Shown: one piece after another, positions 34,551 through 48,039 of the stretch
How positions within the stretch are numbered: the stretch's first letter is position 1
How the letters are laid out: every line of letters starts with the position of its first letter
Origin: Okamejei kenojei
Taxonomy: Eukaryota
NCBI GenBank assembly: GCA_035221665.1
Contig: CM069140.1
Coordinates: 16,926,001 to 16,990,000, forward strand
Length of the DNA: 64,000 nucleotides
Reading direction: 5' to 3'
The notes under the pieces: generated by a model
The model's database searches: none
Seen by the model: the letters and a program-made list of their open reading frames with translations, nothing else
Told to the model about the DNA's origin: nothing
Program-made: the position numbers and the translations under genes

Positions 34551-36921
34551 CCACTCCACTCATTTACATACTTCCACTCACATCCTTTCAGCTTAGTATC
34601 AAGTTACTATCCTTGTCTTTTGGCCATCTTGTTAATCATCTATCCAATGCAAGCATTTGCCATCAATTCTGTAATCTCAAATTTACCTAAGCTGCTTACA
34701 TGGTACCTTGTTCATCCTGCTGGCTTTGAATGGTTTGTGGAAGGCAATGTTTACACTGCCCGAACCTACCATGTCAACCTGACTTCCTACTGGTGAATGG
34801 GGAGAGTTGGTATAAAAGTTTGGATACGTCAGAGTTTAGAACATCTACTCATCAAATTGTGCACTTGTTTGCTGTGGGGGAAAATAATCATTGCACAGGT
34901 CAACCAAACATCTTGCTCATCTTATTTTCTTTGATCTAGCTGCTTTACGATATGCTTGGCAGGGTTGAGTGAGCACAGTTGGAAGTTGTGATGCTATCTA
35001 ATATAAACAGAATAATTTGTTACTCCTTATCCCAATCTTTTTCGCTCTTAATTTGCACTAATAAATTTGCTGAGCTTCAGGGAAGCGGAACTCTGTCTAG
35101 TTTTATTTTAGTCTTAGGTTCTGCTACCAGAATTGGGAGTTCAGGATCTGATGTAAATTCAGCTGAAGCAGGCTCAAGTGCCTGTCAAAATAGATTGTAA
35201 AATAAAACTCTGATTTCTCTCAAATTTAAAACAAAGCATTGTGGCAGAAACATTCTCATTGCGGCTTTCCACACATGCATACTGGGAGCTCCTTGATTCA
35301 ATTTTGGAGGCCTTTCAAATATTTGCAGATTTATTTCTCGGATGTACTACATTTAGGGAAGGTGAGGTGATGTGAGAATTTTATCCGTGATGTTTAGGTA
35401 GTCAAAAATGAAATGGGTGAATAAATCATGGCCCTAAGCTCATAATAATTTTAAAATTGTAGATGTGTCGGAAACATATTTTCTAACTTCAAAATCAGTA
35501 GCATATTATTGGACCAATATGTTAATTGCCTATTAATCACCAAAGAGCTTTCACAGAGACCAATTAGTGTGATGCAGGCAAGAATATGCAAGTCACAGAG
35601 CACAGAGTCCTTTTTTGTCTTGTGGTCATATTAGATATGACTAATTTTTTTGGACGTGCTTTTGGTTCCAGTGACTGTCCTAGAATGTTGGTGAGAGATG
35701 GAAGAAAACAATTGGCTGATTCTGTTGCTGAAAGCCAAGGCGAGATTACGATCAAAATATAAGATTATCAAATATAAGCGATGAGTAGACCTTGTATGAA
35801 ATTCTGTACAGGATAGCTACAGTGTTTGTTCCTTTTAATGTAGCAGTTTAGCTGTGCTTATTGATCATTTCATTATTAAGAATTATAATATTGAGTTTTT
35901 TTTGATTCTGGCGAAAATTGAATGTTTTTTTTCCCCTCAGAAATAGAAAATTGAATTTACTACTTTTCCTGATGTGTGATTGTTGTCTGTTCAGCAATGC
36001 GAAAGCCAGGAAGTTATTTTAAATTTATTTTGGGCTGCAGTGGCAATGGAGTTGGTAATTGAGCAGTCTGCTTGTTATTTCTGTTGTGTTTAATCTTTTA
36101 GTGTAAGTGTGAGGTTTTCAGAGTTCTGCTTAGAATTATGAATGTGATAATTCGGATGACGAGATAGCTTGTGCTCAACTTATTCCTGACAATCACACTT
36201 GCAGAGCCAAATGTTTTCGACTTATTTATTACTATCGGTATTGTACTTGAGACTTGTATATGATCTCCTTTTTATGCTTTAGAGAATATGGAGCGGTCCT
36301 AATTGTTAATGATCCAGTGAAATCCATATGCTAACTGTAAAACAGTATGTGAGAAGAATGCTGTGAGCTGTTCCTGTGTGTGTGTGTGTACTGAGGCCGA
36401 TGACCGCGCTGTTTTGAGAGTGGCTGGTTAGATGAGGATCTGCTACAAATAGCTGTTCAATGGAATAGTTTATATCGTAGGGGCATAGTAGAGATTTGGA
36501 TTTGGTTGCTCGGAAACTGCAAGTGCATGATCATACGCCTTCTGCGTTGAGGGTGTGGCTAGAGCACAGTGGACCTGAAACCCAACTCTTTAGGATAGCA
36601 GGCATAATTTGCTGCGTCATCTGACAAATGGAGCTGAACTTTGTGGTGAAAATCAACCTTTCTAATTATTACAAACTAAAGACTGGAAATCTATCGCAGC
36701 CAATAGAAGTGCCCTGTAATTTATTTCATTTCTGGCAGTCATTTACTTCAGATTCCTGGTTGTACAAAACAGCAGGAAGCTTTCACATGTTTAACTGCAC
36801 ACTGACTGATAACCTTTGCCCTGTTGATTTCTGCTAATTCATTTTCTAGCTCTAGTTTTCACTGGCAGATTGTCAAATTTGATCAGGATTGTTCATTGAA
36901 TTAAAATGTCCCTTTTAGATT

Positions 36922-37500
36922 GTTTCAGTTTAGTTGTATTGTTACATGTACTGAGGTACAGTAAAAAGTTTTTTGGTTGCGTGCTATCCACGATTCAGAT
37001 ACTGATACAGGATTCAGGGAATAGCGTTTACTGCAAGATGAAGTTCAGTAAAGTCTGGTTAAAGGTAGTCTGAAGGCCTCTAATGAGGCAGATGGTAGGT
37101 CAGAATCACTCTCTAATTGGTTCAGTGGCATGATAACAGCTGGAAAGAACTGCCCCAGGATCTGAAGATATGCTTTTCAAACTTTTGTACCTCTTGTTTG
37201 ATGGAAGAGGGAAGAAGGGAGAGTGACCGATGTGAGATTTGTCCTTGATTATGCTGATGGCTTTGACGGAGCAGTGTGAAGTAAAGATGAAGTCGATGGA
37301 AGGGAAGTTGGTTTGCCATCTGGGCTACGTTCGCAACTCTCTACGCTCTTGGGTGGAGCTGTTCCCAAGCCATGCTATGAGGCATCCTGATGAAATGCTT
37401 TCTAAGGCGCACCTGTAGAAGCTGGTGAGGGTTGTTGGGGACATTGACGAACTTCGAAGTCTTCTCAGGAAGTAGAGGCATTGATGTGCTTTCTAAGACA
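36922..37500 (-). mobile_element. Rex1/Babar LINE, 3' fragment
   Basis: The reverse strand carries AGCATAATCAAGGACAAATCTCAC (IIKD.SH) and CTCTACTTCCTGAGAAGACT (LYFLRRL). The tail is shared with the 9045 copy. Confidence 0.8.
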
Positions 37501-38719
37501 ATTCTTCGATGTGAGTGGTCCAGAACAAATTGGGAGATTTAATCCTATGAATGATAGAACAGAATATCAAAATAGAATTGTTAGAATATCAAATTATTCA
37601 AGGTATAAAAGCATTGATGAACATTTGTTCCAAACATCTTTTCCCAACCCTTCCACCTTGTCTTTCACATTACTTTCACCAAACCTCATGGCCCACAATC
37701 CCCACCTGGTATAGTTTCATGTAATGAAAATACTGGGAAACTCAGCTAATTCAGAGAGCACCTGTGGAAAGAAAAGTAGAATCAATATTTCAGGTAAAAA
37801 GCCCTCCAGCAGTGCATACTCATCATTTTTTGTATTTCCTTTTGATCTCAAATTCATGTATTCAACCACTAAGGCATTTGGGAAGCCTAATTTTTGATCA
37901 TGTCCATTCTTTAACAAAAATGTACTGGCTGTTGAGACTGGCTGCAGGTTTTCTTCAAAGTAAACCTTTTCTACTGTTTTCTACTTGCATACCATCAAGA
38001 GCTGCCCATAAGTAGATTTTGGTTTAGTAAACACTTATTTGGTGGCCTGGTCAAAATAGGGATTGGGTAAAACTGAGGTGAACCCCTGATCTACAGGGAT
38101 TGTTAGAAGTGCTAATGTTAATCAACACAAAATTGTGGAAATGATCCACAAGATAGTCTTGTTTCCATCCCCAGTTGCTATTCAGGGGAAGTGCGCACAC
38201 AGATGGTGAGAAAGGGGCTTGAATTTATGCATCAATGCGAAACATACCATTGAGCTTCTATAATAACTGCATCGCAGAAATGAAAATTTACAGGTCATGG
38301 CAACAGCAATCTTGTTGTAGTTAGCGACAGGCTCAGGGAATTGAGTATAAAAGGAATCATTTGGTCACATTAAGTATTGTGGAATTGGGTTGAGCTGACT
38401 CAAAAGATTTGGTGTTCTTGGGTCTAATAGCCTTTACCTGCTCATTAGAACACAATGTTTTGGAGATTAATCAAAAGATGAGTGTCACATACCAGAAGAA
38501 GCTCTTTGTGATGTGCTAGAAGTTGTGCCCTGTTTTGCTGTCACAGTTGGGACTTGTCAGATGTGCTGCCTATTTACCCCATGAATAAAGATTCAATTGG
38601 AAATTGAGGGGTAAAAATGAAGGCTATTGTTTCGTTGAACTGTACAGGTTGGCTGGCTGTAATGCTAAATATTTTCCCCAGTTGTCAGATGCAGAAACTC
38701 TAGACGACATAAGAAAAGT

Positions 38720-39632
38720 GAGTTTTTTGAAGTTGTGACCAAAAAGGTCGATGAGGGCAGGGCTGTAGATGTTGTATACATGGATTTCAGTAAGGCATTC
38801 GACAAGATTCTGCATGGTAGGCTTCTCAGGAAGGTTAGATCACATGGGATCCAAGGAGAGATAGCTGAATGGATAGCAAACTGGCTCCATGGAAGGAGCA
38901 GAGGGTAATGGTGGACAGTTGCTTCTCGGACTGGAGGCCTGTGACTAGTGGTGTGTCTCAGGGTTCGGTGCTGGGCCCGTTACTGTTGTCATCAACATCA
39001 ATGATTTGGATGAGAATATTCAGGGCAAGTTTGCAGATGATACAAAAGTGGGTGGTTTTGTAGATAGTGAAGATTACAACAGGATCTGGATCGATTGGCC
39101 AGGTGGGCTGGAAGGTGCATGGTTCTTTGAAGGTTGAGTCGCAGGTAGATAAGGTGGTCAAAAAGCTTTTGGCACATTGACCTTCATCAGTCAGAGCATT
39201 AAGTATAGATGTTGGGAGGTCATGTTGCAGTTGTATAAGATGTTGGTGAGTGCATTTAGAGTATTTTGTTCAGTTCTGGGCACCATGTTATAGGAAAGAT
39301 ATTGTCAAGCTTGAAAGGGTTCAGAGAAGATTTATGAGAATATTGCCAGGACGAGAGGGTCTGAGCTATAGTCAGAGGTTGAGTAGGCTGGGCCTTTATT
39401 CCTTGGAGTGCAGGAGGATGAAGGGTGATCTTATGGAGGTGTATAAGCTGCCAGAAGAGGTAGTTCAGGCTGGGACTATCCTAACGTTTAAACAGACAGG
39501 TACATGGATAGGACAAGTTTGGAGGGATATGGATCAAACACAGGCAGGTGGGACTTGTGTAGCTGGGACATGTTGGCCGGTGTGGGCATGTTGGGCCAAA
39601 GAGCCTGTTTCCACACTCTATCACTATGACTG
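38720..39632 (+). mobile_element. CR1 LINE RT fragment to 3' end, with internal deletions
   Basis: VDVVYMDFSKAFDK, WRPVTSGVSQGSVLGPLL, LEYFVQFWAPCYRKDIVKLERVQRRF and LGLYSLECRRMKGDL. Confidence 0.92.
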
Positions 39633-41651
39633 AGTAGAATTTCAATCCATACTTTCCCCATCCTTGATCCCTCGCACTCTCCAGGCTCTGTTATGTGCTG
39701 CTGTTATTTGTGAGCTCGTCATTTTTGTTATGTCTGGTTCTACTAAGCAGCAGATTGAACGTGCCATTTCCTTCCAGTTTGGAGAGCTGGACCATCCATA
39801 CCTTGAGTTAATTTCGGGATTGCCGTGTGACCGTTGAGAACATTCTTTTATATCGCTTCCATTCTGTTATCTCTTTAATTGCATCCTTAATTAAAAATTA
39901 ATTCTACGGCTTGATATTTTAAAAACCAAAACGTTGGGTAATGTTTCCCTGATGGGTTGTTCAGCATACATGCTTGGATTGAGAAGGACATGAATGATTA
40001 ACAAAATCCTATTCCTGTGCTATATCTGCACCCTTAGCTTTTCTGGAAAGGGCCACAGAAGTGGAAACTGCATGATGTGTTCTCTCTCTTCATTCCTCTT
40101 TACCGAAGCCCAATGTATGCAAGCTAGTTACATCACTTAATTACTAAACCCTGCTGTGTTGTCTCCTGGCAATTTAGAGGAAATACAATGGAAAACAGAG
40201 TGGGCAGCCTACGCATTGCACGCTATCTCCATCTAATTATGGCATGTGAATAATTTTGCGCCTTAATAATTGGTAGTTATGGGATAATATTGAAACTGGT
40301 CACAATTGCACAATATATCTACAGAAAATGTAGGTAAATAAATATTTGTAAAATGCATAAATACTGTATGAGGGTTATGAATCCATTTTTCAGCAACAAT
40401 CAGACCTTTTACAGGGCATATGGTGCCAATAGTGAGAGACTGCTCTAGGAGAGAGTGGCTGTTGCTAACTTCTCTGTGCAGACAAGTTATTTTCCCAGGT
40501 TGGTCTCTGTGGCTTGCAGTGAGCATATTGATGCTGTTACTGTTCCCCCATTTCAATGTAATTTTATTTATGGGACTCTAGTATTTTTCCTTTTGACATC
40601 CCAAAGAAGGAATTCTTATGAGGGAGCAAATAATTCATGGTAAAGAAGGCTTGTTGCATTAGAGGCTGGTGCGAATGTCTACCTGGGTTCTGGAGTGGAA
40701 CTGATGGCAAAACAATTGTGATGAGCAGCACCTTTGGGGAAAGATCTCTGCTCATGTGTAACAGCTGAATAAGCAAAAGTCAGTTATTGACCTAAATTTG
40801 GAGGGGAGATGGTGGGGGAAATAAATTGCAAACACTATTGTTGGAAATTAAGTTTTTGATAAGTGTGCTTATTTTAAATACACATCTTTAAAGCCAGTGG
40901 AATCTCTGAGTGTACTGTGGCATTTTATTTGCCTTAAATGGATGTATTGCCTTTAATTTAGTTGTATTAACATTACTCTAAGGTGGAGTTTTAATAAAAA
41001 ATGAAGTATTTTGTGGCCAAAACCAATTACCAATGAAAAATTCCTGTATATTAACTGAATATAAATTCTGCAGCTACCATATGGGATTTTACATTTGGGT
41101 CTGTCTCTGGGTTTGATCCAACTCACTCGGTTACCTGTTAAGATGACATTTAGAAGCCGTGTGTTCTTCATTTGTAAGCAAATAGGTGTAAATAATTATT
41201 GGATTTCCATACTTAGTGAAATCCAAACCGTAATCTAGACACATTTCTGTATCCTTAATTCCATATTAAATTTGATCTTTGGTATTAAACATTTTGAAGT
41301 TCTTCCAAATCCAGATTACTTTGGATTTTGGGCGGTTTAGAATTTGGATGAAGTTTTGAGCACACATTTTTATGTTGAAGACAACAAACGCGTATTTGGC
41401 ACCATTCACATATTTTCCAAAGTAATCCGTAAAGATTTTTTTTCCAGCTGCAGTCAAGGCTATGCAGGGAAATGTGGCAATCCATTTCTGTGTATCAAAT
41501 TTATACATAGCTAAGAGGTGAATAACTAATATGAATTTGGTTTTAATTGAGGGTGGATGTTGACCAGGATATTTTTTGGAAAATAGCACCCAAATTATAA
41601 GGCATTGCAGCTGATGTTCATTTAAACAATATACTGAACCTCAATTAGTGA

Positions 41652-42100
41652 CCAAAAAAAGACAAAGTGCTGGAGTAATTCAGTGAATTATGCAGCATCT
41701 CTGGAGAACATGATCAGGACCCTTCAGACATTGTAGTGGGGGCGGGGGAGGTGAAGAAAGCTGGAAAAGAGGAGGGGTGGTGCAAAGTTGGTCAAGTGAT
41801 AGGTGGATACAGATGAGCAGGGTTTTTGATCGGCAGATGGTTGGACAAAGGCCAGAGATGAAAATACAGTGTGTGTGTGATATGGAGATAACGATAGAAA
41901 AGGCTTGAAATGTGAAATCGGAGGAAGGCATATAGGTGACAGGACCACGGGAAAAGAGGAGAAATTGAAAGTTCTGGGACGGTGGCGAGCAGGGAAGTGA
42001 GGGAGGAAATCCGGTGTGAGGGGGGGAGGGAGAAAGAGGTGGAATGCAGTGAGGTTTGTCGGTACGTTACCTAAAATTGGAGAATTCAATGTTCATGCTG
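41652..42100 (-). mobile_element. Penelope-like element 3' end
   Basis: The reverse strand gives SMNIEFSNFR*, then a pyrimidine-rich UTR, then TCTGAAGGGTCCTGA..GTTCTCCAGAGATGCTGC. Confidence 0.8.
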
Positions 42101-42262
42101 TGTAGCAAGGAACTGCAGATGCTGGTTTATAATGAAGATAGACCCCAAATGCTGGAGTAAGTTTTGGGTTGAGACCCTTCTTCAGAAGATGGGTTGAGAC
42201 CTTCTATTTGTGAGATGCTGCCTGTCCCACTGAGTTACTCCAGCATTTTGTGTCTATCTTCA
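42100..42262. mobile_element. Palindromic Penelope-derived element (internally deleted)
   Basis: AAGGAACTGCAGATGCTGG...GAGACCCTTCTTCAG...GAGTTACTCCAGCATTTTG. TTCAATGTT occurs near both ends. Confidence 0.75.
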
Positions 42263-42351
42263 ATGTTTATATTGTTCATACAGGACAGAGGGGAGGGACA
42301 GTATCAATTTCCGGTGCAACATCAACCATCTTGACTTCTCCACTCCCAGAG

Positions 42352-42476
42352 CACGAGGAGAAAACCCACGGGTTCACAGGGAGAATGTGCAGACTCCCCA
42401 CAGACAGCACCTGAGATCAGCACTGAACCCAGGTGTCTTGGTCTAAGGCAGCAGATCTGCTAGCTGTACCACTGTC
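42352..42476 (-). mobile_element. HE1-like V-SINE fragment
   Basis: GAAAACCCACGGGTTCACAGGGAGAATGTGCAGACTCCCCACAGACAGC is the reverse V-domain. Confidence 0.75.
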
Positions 42477-42564
42477 CCCTTTATTGTGCACTGGTCTCCT
42501 TGATTAATGATAAATGCAAAAGCAGTTCAGTGAAAGTTTGTAGACTAGTACATGGAATCGTTTT

Positions 42565-42730
42565 AACAAGGAACAGCAGATGCTGGTTTACAAAAAAATG
42601 ACATTGCTGAAGTAACTCACTGTGTCAGGCATGATCTCTGGAGAACATGGATAAAACTGGACTCTTCTTAAGTCCTGAACTTCACCTACACATTCTTCAA
42701 AAAAGCTGCCTGGTTATGCCAGCACCTTTT
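42565..42730. mobile_element. Degenerate Penelope-derived element
   Basis: CAAGGAACAGCAGATGCTGGTTTAC...GTAACTCA...CTCTGGAGAACATGG. Confidence 0.65.
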
Positions 42731-42769
42731 TTTTTTTTTACCCTGGAATGGGTTGTTTGTCTTAAAGGT

Positions 42770-43100
42770 GGGAGAGACTAACCTTGTATCGGCTGGAATT
42801 CAGATAAGTGAATCTGATTATGATTGAAACGTAAGACTGAGGGATTTTGACAGGGTGGATGTGAAGAGAATGTTTCCTGCTATGGGCGAATTTAGGGGTC
42901 ATCCCTTTCTGGACAACTGAGTCACAAGCCTTTGGTATTCTGCTTCCATGGTCTTTTGAGGAGTAATTTTTAAAGATTTGCAACACAGATTCAGATATGT
43001 CCTTGATATGAGATAAAAGGTTATTAAAGTTAGGTAGGAATGTGGAATTTGCAATCAGATTAGTGAGTATTTTATTGAATGGTAGAGAAGGATTGTTTTG
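42770..43100 (+). mobile_element. Old CR1 3' fragment
   Basis: ATGATTGAAACGTAAGACTGAGGGATTTTGACAGGGTGGATGTGAAGAGAATGTTTCC, a decayed GFDRVD..MFP. Confidence 0.6.
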
Positions 43101-43619
43101 ATGAGGGGCCAATTCCTACACACAATTAGTATGTTCAGGTGAAATGGTGTTTTCAGTACAATGCATGGAATAGATGTATAATATAACACCTGATCTTAAT
43201 TTTATTTACCTTGATCTGAAGCTACCTATGGTGAGATTGGAAATTTGATGTTTCTCTGTGAAAATTCCTTTTGCTTAAAATTGATTGCAAAAAAATGGTT
43301 AAATTAGCTGTTTTCAAATTACAGATTTTTATCCTGAAATATTCCAGTATTCAGCTTGCTCATGGTGAGCTGTGATGTAAATATATGCGTCATATGCTTA
43401 TCCAGAAGTGTAGAACTCAGCAAGAGATCGATGAAGCTTATGTGATCAAGGTAGTTGCATAGTCACTTGGATGTGGAAGTGGGTGAAGAAACGTTTAGTC
43501 TTCTAACATTTCCAACATCAGCAGCATTTCAGCACTGTTGGAAGAAATTCTCAGACACCATAACGAATGCTTATGTGGGTAAATGTGTGTTCCACTGTGG
43601 TACTAGAGGTTGAAAAAAA

Positions 43620-44420
43620 AGGTTAAATCAAAGGGATGCAAGGGATGGCATCAGATCAGAAGATGTGGAATCCTTTTGGGTAAAGCTAAAACTGCAAGGA
43701 TGAAGAGTTAGTCGAGTAGCTATTACTAAGGAGAAGTGCTTGGGAAATTGAAATCTCAGAAGAGGGATAGGTAACCATGAACATATGGACTACACCCCAG
43801 GGTTCTGAAAGAGGTGGCTTTAGCGATTGGGGCGGCATTAATGGTGATCTTCCAAGAACCACTAGAGTCCGGAGTGATACCAGTGGTTTGGAAAATTGCA
43901 AATGTTATCTCGCTGCAGGGGGCGAGGCAAAAGAGGGAAGACTATAGTAGAAGCAAGGAGCTGCAACTGCTGGTTTATACCAAAGGTAGAAACAGTTCTG
44001 GGGTAAGAGTTCAGTGGGTGGGACAGCATCTCTAGAGAAATGCAATGGGTAACGTTCTGGGTCGGGACTCTTCTCCAGACAATGGGTCCCAACCCACAAT
44101 GTCGCCCATCCTTTTTCTCCAGAGGATCTGCCCGACACGCTGAGTTACTTGAGCCCTTTGTGTGCCTATCTGGGGAACATTCTAGGCTGGTTAGCCTGGT
44201 TTAAATGGTTGGCAAGATTTTAGTCCATGATTAAGGATGAGGCTTCTGGTGGCCAAATAAATGGCTATTTTTAAAGCACAGTTTGGCAGATTTGTGATTA
44301 GCACGGGCGTCGAAGGTTATGGGGAGAAGAATGGGGTTGAGAGGGAAAGAGAGATCAGCCATGATTGAATGGCGTAAACACAATGGGCTGAATGGCCTAA
44401 TTCTACTATGGCTTATGACT
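43620..44420 (+). mobile_element. Decayed CR1 with an inserted palindromic Penelope-derived element (43950-44170) and a CR1 tail (44300-44418)
   Basis: IFQEPLESGVIPVVWKIANV (CR1 ORF2). Inverted arms at 43950-44170. Tail GATCAGCCATGATTGAATGGCG. Confidence 0.75.
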
Positions 44421-46512
44421 AAAATTGAGCAATGGGGACAATGAAAATAATTGGTATCTCTGAAAATTGGCAGATGCATGATGAACAATGGCTACTTTAG
44501 ATAAACCTTCCTTGTGATCAGATTTCAGGCATGATTCTTGCGACAGTCCAACTCTTCTAGTTTTGTGAATATGTGTGGGTGCTGCTGTTGTGTAGATGCT
44601 GGTGTCTTTGTGCTGTATCTGTGCTGTCCCATTCCACAAATGTAGATCTCATGCAGACACTGCCTGGTAAGCCTACCAGATTGTGGACATTTTCATGGAG
44701 CCTTTTGGTTGAGTGGCAGACTGAATGAAGTGTTGACCTTGAAATCGGTTGGATTTATAGTGTGATTGCTTCCAGCTGAGAGATCCACAGAAGGGGAATG
44801 TATGAACTTAGTATTGTTGATGCAGGTTGTGGCAAACAATAATAGCCAGCACTTGTGTTTGATTTTAACATGGAGATGAGTGTGAGAGCAGAAGAAGGCA
44901 AGGCAGTGACACATGAATACTTGCCCATTTGTTCTTCAACCTAATGTTAATTGTGTCAGTCAGGGTATGTATGATAAAGCGTAACGCTGGTTGGCAGAAC
45001 ATTTCTTTACACGGTGGAGCTATACAATTACCATTGTTTAACCACAAAGAGGGTTGAATCGATAATCTCTGGTAAAACTTCTGAATTGCAAGCAGTTTAT
45101 CTTCTCCGTGTATCAAGGGAGTTCAATGCCCAAGGTGCCACCCCAAATTAACTTCCCACTTATCGCCACACAGTGGCTGTGCACCAATTTTTTTAGTAGT
45201 TTATATCAGAAAAGGTGAATCGCAGACCTGTCCCTTTAAAGGCAATTAAATGTTTCATAAAAAGCTGCATGAAAAATATTCTACTGTGAAAATATAGGAT
45301 CAGCAAAATAAATCAGTTTATATACAGCTGAAAAGAGCTTGCATGTACATTGACTGTGTAATTAAGTAATGCATCACATCCAGCTGTGTTGCAGCCGTAC
45401 CAACATCTCCAGATTAAGATAACTTGCTGATTGCACATTACATTGTTTTTCAAAATGGGAGCTATGGCCCTCTGATGGTGGACTATAAAAATGGGTCACT
45501 GACTTCGCTCATTTCGCTAAACACTGGTCCATAGATCAGAGGACTGTTATTGCACAGGATCCAAAAGCATGAAAGCATACACCACCAGATTCATGAATAG
45601 CTCCTTCGGTGCTTCTATTATTAGACATGTATATGAATGTCAATCCAGACAACAGATCTGATGAATAAAGATACGTGCTAACTTTTTTTTAATTAGGAGG
45701 GTAGCGGAAAAATATTGAAGCAGTGTGGTGTTTGCTTGAAAATAGTTGGTCCCCTATGTAGGTGAGAGGGAAGAGATGATACTTGAGCATCTTGTTGGTT
45801 ACAGTAGAAGTGGTCAATAATGATTGATCATGGGAAAGGACTTTTATTTTACTATATTCTGTTATTTAACGGAGGAATGGTGGCTACCGAACTTTGTGAA
45901 TAGTTTGGAAAGTAAAGGACCCGAATGATGCAGTGCAGTTTCCATGTGGGTATGTGGCAAATTTCTCATGGTGTAACTCTGAGCAGTTTTTTTTGTGATG
46001 CATTTTTAATTGCACTGGGCAAATTCTTGATCATATTGCGTGAGGGAATTGTTCACATAAGTGTGATTCTCTGTGCCGGGTTTTCTTGCTGGTATATTGT
46101 ATGGGTGACCTCGAATTGAATGTGCAGCTGCAGCAGCTCTGGTGCTCCAGGCGTATGTAAAGCACTCTTCACTGTTATTGCATCAGTCTTTCCCTGCGTT
46201 GCAAACTCTGTTCTGCTGTGGATGAACTCATCCAGATTTAGACCCCTGGTCTTCACAGCTTTTTACCGAGTTCAAAAGCTAGAGATGGGACTTTCCTCCA
46301 ACCCAAGGATTGGACAATTACAACTCTGATTTGATGCTCAATTTGAATTAATTCAAAGTGGTGTTAATATTTTTGAAGTTGTTGAATTGATTTAGATTGC
46401 TTAACCTCTGACTTGTCTTTTTCTGAAAATGCATGGTATTTGTAGCATTTGCAAACATATAATGTAATGCATGTAGTAATGTTACCATTAAACCACTCCA
46501 TTTGTTTACAAG

Positions 46513-46665
46513 ATTAGTTTAGTTTATTGTCACGTATACCGAGGTACAGTGAAAAGCGTTTGTTGCATGCTAACCAGTCAGCAGAAAGACAAATACATGA
46601 ATAAAATTGAGCCATTCACTGTGTACAGATACATAATAAGGGAATAACGTTTAGTGCAAGGTACA
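46513..46665 (-). mobile_element. LINE 3' UTR (same family as the 9045 copy)
   Basis: TTAGTTTAGTTTATTGTCACGTATACCGAGGTACAGTGAAAAGC..GCTAACCAGTC. Confidence 0.75.
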
Positions 46666-46730
46666 GTAGATTATTCTTTATCGTCACATCAACTTTTATT
46701 CCACAAACATGCCAGATTTTGTCACATGCC

Positions 46731-47263
46731 CCAGTACTGAGGAAGGACATTATTGCCATAGAGGGAGTGCAGAGAAGGTTCACCAGACTGATTCCTGGGA
46801 TGTCAGGACTGTCTTATGAAGAAAGACTGGATAGACTCGGTTTATACTCTCTGGAATTTAGGAGATTGAGAGGGGATCTTATAGAAACTTACAAAATTCT
46901 TAAGGGGTTGGACAGGCTAGATGCAGGAAGATTGTTCCCGATGTTGGGGAAATCCAGGACAAGGGGTCACAGCTTAAGGATAAGGGGGAAATCCTTTAAG
47001 ACCGAGATGAGAAAGACTTTTTTCACACAGAGTGGTGAGTCTCTGGAACTCTCTGCCACAGAGGGTAGTTGAGGCCAGTTCATTGGCTATATATAAGAGT
47101 GAGTTGGATGTGGCCCTTGTGGCTAAGGGGATCAGAGGGTATGGAGAGAAGGCAGGTACGGGATACTGAGTTGGATGATCAGCCATGATCATATTGAATG
47201 GCGGTGCAGGCTCGAAGGGCTGAATGGCCTATTCCTGCACCTAATTTCTATGTTTCTATGTTT
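46731..47263 (+). mobile_element. Young CR1/HER1 LINE, 3' ~530 bp
   Basis: PVLRKDIIAIEGVQRRFTRLIPGMSGLSYEERLDRLGLYSLEFRRLRGDLIETYKILKG. (TTTCTATG)n tail. Confidence 0.93.
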
Positions 47264-47432
47264 ACTCTGCAGAGCAGGTACAATGAAAAACTTGCCTGTT
47301 GCAGCATCACAAGCACATACTCGGACAATGCACTAAACATAAATTATACATAAATTGTGCAAGACAGTGAAAATTACTGCAAAACAATGAGACATTAGTG
47401 CAAAAAACACAGTTAGAAACACGTCTGAGACA

Positions 47433-47772
47433 GTAGACAATACGTGTAGGAGTGGGCCAATCGGCCCTTCGAGCCAGCACCGCCATTTATTGTGATCATG
47501 GCTGATCACCCACAATTGGGTGCCCCGGTCCTGCCTTCTCACCATATCCCCTGACTCCGTCCGCTATCTTTAAGATGCATGAGGTGGTCTGTAGAGTTCA
47601 GTTGCTGAGGTAAGCTTAAGGTTGAGCAGTTGGTTCAAGAAGTATGTCAGGGGTTATGTGGAGAAGGCAGGAGAATGGGGTTAGGAGGGAGAGCTAGGTC
47701 AACCATGATTGAATGGCAGAGTAGACTTGATGGGCCGAATGGCCTAATTCTGCTCCTATCACTTATGATATG
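47433..47772. mobile_element. Two short CR1 3' tails (minus 47433-47575, plus 47647-47772) inside a Rex-like UTR
   Basis: GATCATGGCTGATC hairpin motif. CCATGATTGAATGGC..GGGCCGAATGGCCTAATTCTGCTCCTAT. Confidence 0.7.
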
Positions 47773-48039
47773 AATGACAAGTTCAAGGAGCTTTTCAACT
47801 ACTTTCAGCCTTTTTGGTGCAAGGTTATGAGAGCTTTAAATGACCTTTCTCAAAAAGTGTGTTGCTTAGTATGTAACCGTAGACATTGAAATATGTGCCA
47901 CTTTGCAGCATTCATGAGTGAACACCTCTAGGGGGAAAAAGGAACAGGACATGGAGATAGCAAGATGGATATACAGTGTGTTGTACAATAACATGTCTGG
48001 CCATTTTGACATCTTCTTTAAGTGGTGGTTTGGGATCTC

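Noticed and set aside
41724-42089. Minus-strand ORF beginning SPILGNVP, similar to SSBP exon 5 SPVLGNIP
   Set aside because: It is on the wrong strand for SSBP3 and is an alternative frame of a Penelope 3' end, so the match is coincidental.
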